Positions 1 to 12,959 of a stretch of 64,000 nt of DNA are shown in pieces. Source of the stretch: Podarcis filfolensis. Lineage: Eukaryota. The notes under the pieces are model-generated. The model worked only from the letters and a program-made list of their open reading frames with translations, was not told where the DNA came from and ran no database searches. The translations under genes were made by a program, and so were the position numbers. Position 1 is the first letter of the stretch. Every line of letters begins with the position of its first letter. The stretch lies in assembly GCA_964270895.1 (NCBI GenBank), contig OZ185440.1; one strand, written 5' to 3'.

Positions 1-347
1 GCATATTTGCGCAGACTGAAAATGAAGAAAACAAATCGAACAGCCCATATTAGGACATTTTCCCACAAAAAACCTGAAAGTGTATTGTGTGATTATTTGG
101 GGGGCCCAGTGTGTTGCTCCCAGATTTATGCATGGAATTGTGGACTTGATCTGGATCTAACTCCAATATGTTCATATGTGACCACTGCTGATGCAGTATA
201 GTGGCATGCAAAAGGGAGCTACTTTAAAATTCAAATGTACATTCCAGCTTATGTAGGTTATCAACATGGGGGTGCAAATAGCACAGAGATTGATGGATGG
301 ATTATATTTCTATGCCGCTTTTCATTCAAATGAATCCCAAATAGGCT

Positions 348-349
<2 letters not shown>

Positions 350-394
<45 letters not shown>
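350..394 (+). repeat. (AAC)15 microsatellite
   Basis: Read directly from the sequence. Confidence 0.97.
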
Positions 395-395
<1 letters not shown>

Positions 396-916
396 TGATA
401 GAACATAATACAACATCACATAAATCACATAGAATAATTAATAAATCATCCCTGAAACAATTATGATCTATAAAACACTATTAACAAAGCAGCAACTAAC
501 AAAATAAGCTAAACATCACACTTAAAGCAAAAGTCATATTCTATGCTTAATAAATCACTACAGCATTTATAATCTATACAACAATATTAACAACGTCTAG
601 CAACCAAAATCTAAACTAAGCAGCATTAAGTTCATACTCACAGCCTCCACACCATCATGACTCATCATCTTTTACTTTTTTCAGCTCATTAAAATACACA
701 TCTACATAATGCCTATGGCAGCAACTCTCTTCTGAAGGTTCTTCAGGCTGGAGGTGGTGCATCGGAGGTGAAACAAGCCACCCACTGATGGCAAACAGAG
801 CATCTCTCTCATCAGTTCTTCCTCTGGAAACAGGTCCCTTATGAAGGCACTTAGGGCTGGAGGGTGGGGCAAGGCAGGTGGGAAAAGCAATAACTTGCTG
901 GCCAAGGTGAACACAG

Positions 917-1117
917 TGGGCAGGATTCACCTAACAAACTCCATCACAGCCTCCATTTGCTCAACAGGGCTTCCCCCATCCTCCCACTGCACCTCTTCCA
1001 TTGGCTTGAGGGAAGGGGGGGTTCAGGAGAATCCCCAGAAAAGCATGTGGGGAGAGGGGGATAATTCCATCTGGCAAGCTGACATGCTTGCGCAGACATA
1101 ATGTTGAATTCCACCCA
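917..1117. mobile_element. Non-autonomous DNA element (MITE, PIF/Harbinger-like ends)
   Basis: Imperfect TIRs TGGGCAGGATTCACC / revcomp TGGGTGGAATTCAAC; no clear TSD. Confidence 0.5.
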
Positions 1118-2653
1118 TAGTATTGAAAGTAGACTCAAAGCAGAATACTTCTGTATCCCCCAGACCCTGCATGTGTAGCGTGCAGGATTATTTTGGAAGA
1201 TTTGACATGCTTGTTTAATGGGACAGTTCTTTGCTCATCGCCTTCACTAACCCCAAATCCTTCTTCACCACCACTTCCACTATGAGCCTCGCTGTTTGCA
1301 CTGCTGACTTAATGATGTGTCGGTTGAAGAGGTACCTGCCTTTTGCAAGGATGTATTCCATTTCTGATGTGAACTAAAGAAGGGAGCCAACAAGGGAGCG
1401 TCTCCCTTTTTCAAAAATCAGAACTGATTGCATTTTCTTTTTTAAAAAAGGAGGGTACCTGTATTTTACATTTAGTTATAGAGTATTATAATTTCTAATC
1501 GTTTTGCATGTTGCTTCATATCAGGATGAGCCTTTTGGGACGGGAGATAAGTACAGAGAACAAAGCACTGAATTCAACAGCGAAATGAGTACATGCTGTC
1601 CTTCTGTTCTTCCGTACAATCTTCTACTGTTCAGCTGCTCAGAGGATAATGGCAAAACAATGCCAACTGCATATCCACAACAACTGGGGAACAGCTGTAA
1701 CCACAAGGAAACTCATGAACACCTGGGCCTCATACGTGTTAGCTTAACATCTTGCTGGCTGGGACTAGCAACTCATACATTTATAGGCAGGTTTGGTTTT
1801 GTCCTTTGCCTAAAATTAGACACACAGACGCACCTAAGGTAGATTCAGTTGACAAGCATCTGGTTGCTTTAGATCCCACTGTATGGAAGGTTATTTTAGC
1901 CCTCTCTAGAGGTGCATTTTGACAGCAGCCATGCTTTTAACATAGTGACATTTTCAATTAAATGTCTCAACACATGAAAACTGAGGTCTACGCTAGATAC
2001 TATAGGCAGAGGCGTGTAACATTATCAGGACAACAATTTCAAATATTGAAATGTGGCTTCCAGAGGGAACAACAGAGATCACAGAAGTGGCAGGGGAGGG
2101 GTTACATAATATTTCCCCACCTGCAACTCCCCCCGTGGATTTCTCCCTGCAGAATACCAAGTATGAGTTGTTATTTGGAATCCTGATCTATAAAGATCAG
2201 GAGAACCGCTTTCATGCCCAATTTGGAATTCTGCAGGGGGAAGCTTGGTGAGTATGATCTGAAACAGGAAATAGTGTGGGGGGGAAAGGGTTAAGTTCCC
2301 TGTTCTCCCCTGATGCATCTCTCATCCTGATCAGAGATTCTTGAACTTACAAGTTGCTTACCACATACAGGGAGATTTTGGCCTCTTTACTCCCAGCACT
2401 GAGCTTCTTAAAGTCTGTCTATGCACATTAGTTTAGAGCAGGGTTGGTCCAAGACATTTTGGCACCTGAGACGAACTGCAAAATGGTTCCCCCTCTCCCC
2501 CGCCAGGGAAGGTCAGTGAAGATCTACATTGGGAATAAGAAGGGGAAGAAAGATCTACATACAGATCTGCTGCCCTTGTGCATCCTGAGGTGGCTGCCTC
2601 ACCTGTTTTAGAGGGTTGATGGCTGTATTTCAGAGTTGTCAGTGATCATTGTT

Positions 2654-2890
2654 CAGTCATACCTTGCATCCCAAATGCCTTGCAAGCCGAAGGTTTTGGC
2701 TCCCGAATGCTGCAAGTGACTGTTCCACAAACTATTTTTGGAAGCCGAACGTCCGACGGGGCTTCCACGGCTTCCAATTGACTGCAGGAGCTTCCTGCAG
2801 CTAATCAGAAGCCACACTTTGGTTTCCAAACGTTTCGGAAGTTGAACGAACTTCCGGAATGGACTCTGTTTGACTTCCAAGGTACGACTG
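2654..2890. mobile_element. Tc1/mariner-pogo (Tigger-like) MITE
   Basis: TIRs CAGTCATACCTTG / CAGTCGTACCTTG; right TA intact, left TA appears mutated to TT. Confidence 0.8.
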
Positions 2891-4589
2891 TACTTACATT
2901 CACCTTGTAAGTCCTGCCATCGTCACAGGAAGAACTGGTTCTGGAAGTTTTTGCAGCACTTTAAATAAGTACTTTGAAAAAGCTGAAATCTAGTACCATA
3001 ACCAGTATTGCAGCAGTGCTGATAATGGCTTTCAAGAATACTCATTATAAGGAGTCCCCTTTCTTCAAGGTCCAGAGCACTTTTGGAACTATTTTTAGCT
3101 TTGCATAAGAGAAAATGGGTGCATATTTGCAAATTTGCTAAAGGAGCCCTTACAAAAGAAAACAAAAGTGCATTTTTCCCCTTAACAGTTCCATTGGCTA
3201 GACTAGGTGTTATTTGCAATCCTTTCTATTACCCTTTTATTTATTTGGGCTAGACAGAGAAGCTGAAATCAGGAATTAGACAAACTGAGTAAACAACTGC
3301 ACCCCCCTCCGCCCCAAAGAAAAGTTCCCCTTCTTTCATCACAGTGGTTCCAGTGATCAAATTACTGACACTGGATCACAACGGTTGCCGTGGAAGTGTT
3401 ATTGGGGATGCTGCTTCTGTTTATTTAGAACACTGTTAGTCCCCAGGGGTCAAGAAATGTCTACTTACCAAAGTAACAAGATGTGTAAACATTTTTATCA
3501 AATCTACAATATGCCTCTTCTGCAGTGGCAACATTTTAGATTCCTGTATCATTATGCAACGAAACCTCATAGCTTTAATGGTCTTAACAAAATCAACTGC
3601 TCAGGTATATTAAATATACCTTTATCTCCTCTAAACAGAGTATATAGAGAAATAGTTGCCTGGACAAAGCCTAAGATTCCTGGCAACTTTGAACATTCTG
3701 ACTGCACAAACCCGGGAGGAAATGACCAGATTCTTACTGGAAGGAAATAATAATAGGTAAAAAGGTGGTAAAAGTGATCCGTACTTTTTCCAGCAAGTAG
3801 AGAGAAACTCATTCAGGAAGAAGTTGCCCTGAAGAACTTACCTAAAGGTAGGGGAAGTCAAAGGATCCTTCATATATTTTTGTCTCCAGAAAGTTTTGAG
3901 TTTCTGATCTGGACATCCATATGGAACAGAGTTCTGTCTGTGCTGTGGAAGATGAGGTGAGGTGAATTTGAAGGAGGGAAGCTGTGCAAGTGAATAGGTG
4001 GACAGGCCTGCATTTGTGCAGGCTCTCTGTGTATTTGTGAATACTAGTCAAGTAACTAGGAGGCAAGCAGAGTTATGGGTCAATGATGCATAGAGTCTAG
4101 CGCTACAACTTTTAATAGATTAATTGGTTTTAAAAACCCAGTAAAATAGTAACCCCCGTTAGTTGTGAAATAGACTTTTATTATTATTGCCTAGTGTATG
4201 CATAAAAGAGACTGCTGGATCAGGCCAGTGGCCCATTTAGTCCAGCATCCTGTTCTCACAGTGCCAATGAAAAGCCCAGTATTTTATCATGGAAGCATTC
4301 GAGCTGCCAAGATGCTGCCTTGAAAAACTACCCTTGATGAAAGTTGAATCATTCAGTCAATTAAGAATCATAGCATTCATTGGCTTAGATTTATTTAATT
4401 GGCTGGCAGCTCTAAGTAAGAAGCCCATAATCTGCTTTAGCATAATGCTTTAATCCACTTCTGCCTGCCAGTCTCTCCTGTCTCTCTCAGGTGTCCTCCA
4501 CAGCCTCTTGTAAATTTTGGCTCCTGGTTGCCAGCCAGTGCCCAGTCACTGAGAGGCCACCAAAAGATGGTGAGGAAAGATTACAACGC

Positions 4590-4900
4590 TTAGAGCTTTT
4601 GAGGTTTGCGGGGGTGGGAAGCTGAATAAGGAGGGATTTGATGGAGGTCTATAAAATGATGTGGGAGGGGGAGGAAAGTGGATGGAGAGAAGTTTTTCTT
4701 CTTTGCTCTCATAAGACTAGAGCCTGTGGTCATCCAATTAAGTTGAAAGGTGGGAGTTGCAGGACAGATAAAGGGAAATGCTTCTTCACACATCATATAG
4801 TTAATTTGTTACCACGAGGCCGCAACCAGCTGGGAAAGATTTTAAAGAGGGATTCAGTGAATTTGTGAAATATGTGTCTATCAAGGACTACTTGTCACAG
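4590..4900 (+). mobile_element. Decayed CR1 LINE ORF2 C-terminal fragment
   Basis: Translates DLMEVYKMM...RACGHPIKLKGGSCRTDKGKCFFT, the typical CR1 ORF2 tail. Confidence 0.75.
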
Positions 4901-4936
4901 TGGCAATATATAAAATGTTTTAAACTGTTTTTAATA

Positions 4937-5162
4937 CAGTGGTACCTTGGGTTACATACGCTTCAGGTTACAGACTCCGCTAACCCAGAAATATTACCTC
5001 GGGTTAAGAACTTTGCTTCAGGATGAAAACAGAAATCGTGCAGCGGTGACGCAGCGGCAGCAGGAGGCCCCATTAGCTAAAGTGGTGCTTCAGGTTAAGA
5101 ACAGTTTCAGGTTAAGAACAGACCTCCAGAACGAATTAAGTTCTTAACCCGAGGTACCACTG
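4937..5162. mobile_element. Tc1/mariner-pogo (Tigger-like) MITE
   Basis: TIRs CAGTGGTACCTTGGGTTA / CAGTGGTACCTCGGGTTA, TA target duplication on both sides. Confidence 0.9.
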
Positions 5163-7401
5163 TATTGTGCTTTAATTTTGTAAGTAACTCATTCTGGACC
5201 CTAGAGTGTGGGCAAAATTAATAATAATAGTAATACATTGGCTCCAGTGTCAGAGGCATATTAGTTGGTGGGAAACATGAGCAGATTTCTTTTGTGAAAC
5301 TCTCCTACTTGTGAGCTTCCTATAAACAACTGGTTGGTCTTTGTGAATGCTGGACAAGAGCAGGACTTTTGTTCTTGTGTTCTTATAAAGTGTATCACAC
5401 GCCAAGGCCTGAAATTCGAGTTCTTTAAGGACCACAGTGACCTCTACAGGCTATGAACCATGTTGGCAGCCTCTACTAAATGCATCTTTCTACAAAGTAG
5501 GGAATAAGGTGGAAAAGATGGGGAAAAAATTGTATGAGCCAGAGAAAAGGGCGATACTCCTAACTGAAATTGCACTCCTCCTTTTCCCAGAGAATTTCAC
5601 TTCTGTTAATTGTGGCTCACACTTTGGAATATGTTTTGATCTTGCTCAATAGAATCCTAAGCAAAGCTTCACAGACCACTGAAGCTCTCACATGAAGGTT
5701 TTACCGAAAGCTACCCACACATTAAGTACTGCTTAAAGTCCAAAATAAAGGGTGCAACATTGGAAAGGGATATGCTGTTGTTTAGATATGGTTCCAGCAT
5801 ATTGATAACACCACTCACCTTTTGATTTGAGAAATATTTATTCCAAAATCCACTGTTGGGCAATACAGTTATCAGAGCCAACCAAAATGTCACAAAATAG
5901 CTCAGATTTTTCTAGATTTCTTTTTATCAGGTTATATGTTACCCAAACTGGGTGGGTCAGATCCCACCCTGCAAAAAAAGAAAACCACATCCTAAACTTA
6001 GGCTGGATGTTGCAGCCTTGAGGTCTGCATTTAGATTCAGTCTGAAGATGAAGACTGAATTAGACTGCTGAGTGCTTGCAGGTATCAGGTTACATGTAGG
6101 ATTCAGGGTTGAAGAAGCAATGGCTGATGCCCATTTTTTAAAACATACAGCTGTTGTTCAGAATGTTAGGTAAAAGTCATCCATAGAAACAGAGGCTGCA
6201 TTCTACACATTTACCTGGGAGTAAGTTCCATTGAACACAGCAGGAATTACATAGCACTGGTCTTCCTCAAAACTCTGAAAGGATATAATCCTAAACGTGG
6301 CTTCTAGAAAATAAGTTTCACTGGGAATTTTTTTGGAATAGACATGCTAGAACTAGGCTAGAGAGGACCCATATTTGCAGAGCAATTCCACCACAGAAGT
6401 GCAATGGATACACCCAAACTGGCATGCTTTGACCAAAATAAGTTTAGCATGTATTTTAATGAGGGATGTTTTTAAAATGCACCCAGATAGTGTGTTGCAA
6501 TCTAATCAGGGCTTCTTTTCCCCCACATCACATCATTTGCTGCTATTCAGGATAAACAAGGATATATATTTCACTATTAAAACTTTGAACTTGTGTCACT
6601 GAATAAAAGCGAGAGCAAATATTTTCCTCCTTCCTGGGACTTGGTATTTAGAAGCTGTCATGTCCAATTATGATGGTAGTTTTCCCATTAAAAAGGGTAA
6701 GGGAGGGAAGGAGACACCCAAAAGTAATTTGGAGGCCTCATTACGTGCTCTATCTGGGCTCTCTCGACTGTGGGGACGGGGCTTGCAGCATGATTAGTTT
6801 TCCCAAAGCCACAGCAACTGCTTACATTAATGGTTCTTGACACTTGCAGGAAAAACTGTGCAGAGTAGTTTATTGGGCTCCTCTGTTAGTGGCAAAGTTC
6901 AGGCAATTTGAATGCACAGCTATTAGAAGCCTTAGATGAAGGCCCTGATCTGTTTATCTCACTCTAACTTCATGTACATTTGGGACATGCTGTTAACGAA
7001 GATGGGGGAAGGAAACAGGGGTGCCTGTCAAAGAACAGTGGATAAAAAATGTAGTCTAGTTGGAAAACAGCTGCCAGAGATGCTCGAAAATATATCCTGG
7101 TTTAGCCACACAACTCCTAAGGCTTCTGTACTTTCTGATCATTAACACAAGACAAGCCTACTGGATCTGCCACTGGCCTTGCTAGTCCAACATCCTGGTC
7201 TCACAGGGCCTAACTAGATGGCTGCAGGAAATCCATAAGCAGGACCCGAGCACAAGAGCACACTTTCCTCCTGCAGTTTCCAGCAGCTAGTATTCAGAAT
7301 CATACTGCCTCCAACTATAAACCTCTATGCAATTCAGGTGAGGAGATTGATAAATGATCTTTTTTAGGTTGGTTAAAAGTACAGAATTATTAGGTCTAGT
7401 C

Positions 7402-7567
7402 CAGTGGTTCCCACTTAGCTAAGAACTGCAGGCCCCATTTTTCAAAAGCCAAGCCATGGACCCCCTACTTTTGGAAATTTTGATTTCTCTATGGTAGCTT
7501 TTGATATGTGAATGGTGCCATGGACCACTGGGTAGGGGTGCCACAGACCTCCAATTGGAAACCACTG
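7402..7567. mobile_element. hAT (Charlie-type) MITE
   Basis: TIRs CAGTGGTTCCCA / CAGTGGTTTCCA; perfect 8-bp TSD GTCTAGTC (7394-7401, 7568-7575). Confidence 0.88.
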
Positions 7568-8562
7568 GTCTAGTCTATTCTCTTGTGGTAGCAGGTCCCA
7601 CACACATACTAGCACGCATCAGAACTTGGTGACTTTCCCAAGAAGAGAAACACCTGCCTAAGCATAAAGAGAAACATTTTTGAGACAAGGGCCGATTTGC
7701 ACTCAAGCTAGTTAGTCATCTCATTTGTGTATTGTGGCTCTTATGGAAGAAATTCTTATATAGCTTAACCCTGTGTATACTTTGTTGCACTGATTCCAAG
7801 GGACTCACTCTGAAGTAAGGATACAATTGAATTTATGTTTTATATTGTCTTGGCCCCGAGGATATGGATGTCTTCATTTCCCATCTATGATCCAGCTCGC
7901 AGCGCAGCTTCACAAGTGCTTTCCGATCCAGCCAAAGAACCTCTCTGCAACGTTCCTTACTGAAATGTTGAAATGACAAGGGAAATCAAAGCAAGGACAT
8001 TTGCAAACTTTAGAAGGGAATTGTAACTGCTACTTCCAGACTATCTGAAAGGAACTTCAGCTAGTGGGGGGGGCGCCACACCCCCAAAGACATATTCTTG
8101 GCTTCCACAAGATCCTTTTCAATGCCAGATCCTTTTCAACTCAAGAGTGGGCTGTGACAGCATTAGGAATTATGGTAGTTGGAGAGGGCCAAAGGAAATG
8201 AGACACGGCTGAAAACTATGTCTCATCTAGCAAAGCATAGTGACAGAATTGAGAGTCTGTGGGCAGGAATGAGTGATGTCTTACACAGAACTGGACAGCG
8301 CCTAGAGCATTGACTTTGTGAATAATAAAATGATGAAGAAGATGACTGGAGCGAGTAGGGAGCTGGCATTCCAACAACATGTAATATAAAAATATATAGT
8401 AAAATGCTAATAATATCTTACCTAGTTTGGGGTTGGGGGTTTGTTTGTTTTTGCTCCACTTGCAGCATGACTATATAAGATTGCTATATAAACCTCAGAT
8501 AGCTGATAATAAAAATAATCCATAATAAATAAAACCACTCCACAGTGATACTGCTTCATTTC

Positions 8563-8568
8563 TTTAAT
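8563..8568 (-). terminator. PGM1: Probable PGM1 polyadenylation signal (ATTAAA), giving a 3' UTR of about 620 nt
   Basis: ATTAAA on the minus strand, followed about 15-45 nt later by CA and a GT/T-rich tract (ctgtggagtggttttatttatt). Confidence 0.6.
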
Positions 8569-9162
8569 CTCTTGTAACATTTGTATCAATGGTGAATTTT
8601 GTGCAGGGCTGGCAGTGCAATCTGTGTATGGCAGATCATGGGACAAAGTTCAATTGATTCTTTGGGGTTCTTGTTTTTCTTTTGGAAACAAGACATTCCA
8701 TGGTGATTGGAAAAACAGCTGTTCACAGTGATTGTACATTTTGTTGCACAAAGCTAAAAAGAAAGCCTACACATTGCCAATAAAACCAAAGAAAACCACC
8801 TTTGTGCAGAGGATCTCCTGAGAAAGGAAGAGTAGTCTTTTTCCAGGGTTTACTCCCATTGTTGTTTTTGTACAGCCACATCTTACAATTCCTGCTAAAC
8901 CAAAAGGCAGTGTATACTAAGTAAGTCCATTGCACGAATGATAACGGTAACAGGTGACATTAAAAAGACAATGTATAGCAGCATACACATAGTGTAAACT
9001 TTTAAAAAATATCACATCTATCCTTTTATAGGGCTTTTAAATACAGTGCTAGCTAGTATTTTTAGGAATAAACTTGATAACAGCAATTAAAACTAGCTAA
9101 TTCCAATTGACAGCTGCCAGTCACTCCATGAAACCTGTCCCAAATGGCTTCATGTGTTACAT

Positions 9163-9291
<129 letters not shown>

Positions 9292-9901
9292 TCAAAATCC
9301 TAGAAACAGTGCAGCGTTTATTATTTCATCCTATTCAGAAGCACTGCAAAGATGGATAAAGCTAGAGATCTAGAAACCTTCATGCAGTGGCAGACTTTGG
9401 GAGTTCAAATTTCAGTGGCACCCTGTGCAATGCAACTTCCTACCTCTCACCTTCTGTTCTACATCATTGTTGTGGTATCCCCTGAGGCACCTTCTCGACT
9501 CAGCACCCTAAATCTTCCTCTGCTTCATGGCTATAATCATCCTATGCAGCGCAGACTCAATATTGGTTTTAACATTACAAAATGAATGACAACTTTCTAG
9601 CACTCATAGTTACACATTTAATAAGCTTTGGTACTTTGTATACCTCATTATGACCCCTTTGTTCAGAAATATGCTAATATATATTAGCATCCCTGTTTCT
9701 TACTTTTCTGACCATGACAGCCTATGCTTCCTTTTTGCACCTCCCACAGTCTTCGCTACAAATAAATAAAAAATTGAGCACATTTATGAAAATCTGTATC
9801 AGTTAGTCTAATAATGAGAATCTAAGCACTCCCACCCCAGGAAAGGAGTCTCAAGGACAGATGGAACAGAATGAGGTCCTGAACGTGGCAATGAAGCCTA
9901 C

Positions 9902-10036
9902 CTGTGGATCTTCATATATTTTTGGTGCATCCTTTTCATAGCTATCAATATACAGTCGAACAGTTGCTCCAGCACTTCCTGTACCACTTAGTCTGAAGAT
10001 GATGCGAGAACCATCAGCAAAGATCAGCCTCAAACC
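9902..10036 (-). CDS. PGM1: PGM1 exon 10 ([45 protein letters not shown]), phosphate-binding loop
   Basis: tcttgctAG acceptor, CAG|GTAGGC donor, 135 nt. Confidence 0.98.
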
Positions 10037-10626
10037 CTAGCAAGAGAAAAACACACAACAACAGTTTTCCTGGAAGGCCACTCCTTTCAGATTGCAGAGA
10101 TACAAAAAAGTGTGTATGCGTTTAGAAAACCACATCCGACAGCTGGTGAACTATCCTCTTTGGTGATCCTTGATATATTGCTGTTTGGGGGACAAGAGTC
10201 CCAAATTTTATTTTTTGCTGAACAGAGCGACACATGCTAAAAAAGATGCATAAAAGAAATAATATTATGTATGCCATGAAGTTATATCTCTTGTAGTTCC
10301 TTTGTCCGTTAATTATTATCCAGCTAAATGAACTACTTAGCTATGTTTATAGGAAAACTCAGGGAAGGCAGACACCACACAAAATAGAACTGGACAAGAA
10401 AAGAGCAAAGAAACATTTAAAAAAGAGCTTCTAGAGGGGCTAATGTAAAGGCTGAGGCCAGTGAAACCAGGATAGGCAAATTATTTCCAAGTGAGCTTAA
10501 CTGCACCCAAGCAGGACAGATGATTCCATAGTTCCTAGAGAAGCAACCCATTTTACTATTGTTCATTGAAACAGACAAGCATTGTGTCACTTTAGCTCTG
10601 AAGTATATTTGCCTTCAATATGAGAG

Positions 10627-10720
10627 AAGCTCATATTGAATCCTAGAATCATACTATTGTTGAGTTGGAAGGGTCCCCAAGGGTCATCTTGTCCAACCCT
10701 CTGCACTGCAGGAATCTCAA
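10627..10720 (-). mobile_element. 3' part of a CR1-tailed tRNA-derived SINE (P.s.1/SINE-like)
   Basis: Reverse complement of the ttggactagatgaccc...ggtcccttccaactc...atgattc tail shared with the copies at 19.8, 40.4 and 53.0 kb. Confidence 0.7.
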
Positions 10721-10852
10721 TATGCTGTCCCCCATCCAATTTAAAACCAAACCAGATCCTGCTTAGCTTTGCAAATGTGCTAGCAGTTTTATTGCTGCAC
10801 CACCAGGAGGATATGGCACTCTTTTTGCACAGTCTGCAACAACTATTTAGAT

Positions 10853-10989
10853 CAGGCTTCCTCAACCTTGGCCCTCCAGATGTTTTGAGACTACAATTCC
10901 CATCATCCCTGACCATTGGTCCTGCTAGCTAGGGATCATGGGAGTTGTAGGCCAAAAAACATCTGGAGGACCGAGGTTGAGGAAGCCTG
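10853..10989. mobile_element. hAT (Charlie-type) palindromic MITE in PGM1 intron 9
   Basis: TIRs CAGGCTTCCTCAACCT(T/C)GG; perfect 8-bp TSD ATTTAGAT (10845-10852, 10990-10997). Confidence 0.92.
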
Positions 10990-11381
10990 ATTTAGATGAT
11001 CAAGAGTCCAAAAGAAATGTTCTCTTGCTTTTCCAGATCAAGTCAAAAGGACCTCAGGAGATGGAGGGCAACATAAGAGGCATTCATTCTTATGACATTT
11101 TCCAATAGAAATTGTGATTATAAGGCTCTAAATTGTGTGAGTTATTGTTTAGCATAATAGCTCCTTGTAGCCATGGGAAGAACAAAGAAGTCTGATATGG
11201 CTTCTATGCTTCCCACAGGTGACCAGGCATGGTCTTACCATTACAAAATGGAACTAAATACAAAATTAATTTTTTTCTCAAGTAAGCTGTGTGCATGTCT
11301 AAGGGCATCATTATAAATTGATTTATAAGGCAAAGCATATCTTTCTAGGAATTTAAATCTACAAGTCCATCTTTATTCTAC

Positions 11382-11565
11382 CTGGTTCCTTGAGATGCTT
11401 CCATCCACAGGATCACTGTACTCAAAATTATCAGCTTTCTCCACAGTGTAAGATTTGTCCCCTACTGATAACTTCTTCCCCACAAAAGAACGGTCAAAGA
11501 ACATCGTCTCTAGATCCTTCATCATCTTGTTGGCACCATCAGCATCCACTTCTTCATAGTCATAC
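11382..11565 (-). CDS. PGM1: PGM1 exon 9 ([19 protein letters not shown]...DGSISRNQ)
   Basis: cctctAG acceptor, CAG|GTAGAA donor, 184 nt. Confidence 0.98.
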
Positions 11566-11994
11566 CTAGAGGTATTCAGGGAGACTTTAATGAGACAGAG
11601 GGGCAAATATGACCAGTAACCACCACCATCCAGACATGCCTTTTCATGTTTAGCTTTTCATACAGTCTGTGCTGGGTGCTTTCCTAGTAAACCTTCTTGC
11701 GCTGGATTAAAAATAAGGGGCAGTAAGGAGAGCTCTCTTCTTTGGTTCCTACTCAGCCACCCCAGCTCCTGAATCTGTAAAGTGGCTTTTGGTCCCCCTT
11801 CCCAAGTGCCACATTCAAACAGGTTGTTTGATCAGTATTTTAACGTTTGGTGCAGAATTTGATTCTCCAAATTTGCATATCAGTTCCTTTCATGGAATAT
11901 GGGGCTATGGGAGTTCTGCCCGTTCCAGCTAACCACATATAAAATGTGTGACACTGCCATGACACAATTCTTAGGTGAAATGTGCTAATCCTCA

Positions 11995-12147
<153 letters not shown>

Positions 12148-12959
12148 TCAGACAAATGGAAGAGCAGCACACCCGGAGAAAAACTTGGGTTTACCATAGT
12201 GGGGGAAAACAATGTCTAATCTGCAACTCACAAAACTTGCACCTTGCACAAAATACAGGTGGTTGGTAGATGGCTGCACTAAAAGCATAATAAAGAGTAG
12301 GCAATTGATGCTTCACTGACTGAGAAACATGTGTGTTACGATCAGAGGGCTGAAACAAGTATTTTGCATAGTAAGACCTCTCTCCGGTAAAAATGTTTGT
12401 TATCTACTGGTTTGTACAGAAAACATAGTCAACAATAAGTTTGGTTTATAAACTTATTATATTAAGGGTAGCATGCAAATGAATTTCCCCTTCTACAACT
12501 TCCTCTTCTTTGCTCCCCCCCCAATCTGTTTTACCCTTAATCCTTCTGAACAAATAAGAGGATTCATGGAGGCTGCAGGTCGGAAATAGAGGAAGAGTAA
12601 ATTATGTTGCCCCAGTGGAAGTCCACTTCCATTGATGGGTGGCCACAATTAGATGTCACCCTAAGAGTTTAAGAAAAGAAAAGCACAGGGTTCAATCCAG
12701 GCCTCTTACTCCTGCTGGCTCTAAGCTAGATTTCTCTGCTTTATAGCACAGTGATATGCATACCTACTCAGAAATAAGCCCCATCAAGGAGAATGTATCT
12801 TACTCTTACATAAATATATATGGGATTAAAGCCTTCATGCTATATCTGATGGAATGGTAGTTATAAAGCGTGCATACTTAGAATCATAGAGCCTCATCCT
12901 CTACCGATGGAGCTATCTTGTAGAGTGTCTTTTTGAGTGCTGAGATACTTTTGACTAAA

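Noticed and set aside
266-466. Poly-Asn ORF
   Set aside because: Translation of the (AAC)15 microsatellite; no splice or homology support.
6035-6060. Perfect 9-bp hairpin ATTCAGTCT-GAAGATGA-AGACTGAAT containing CTGAAGA
   Set aside because: No GAAA or stem II for a hammerhead, and a few 9-bp stems are expected by chance in 64 kb.
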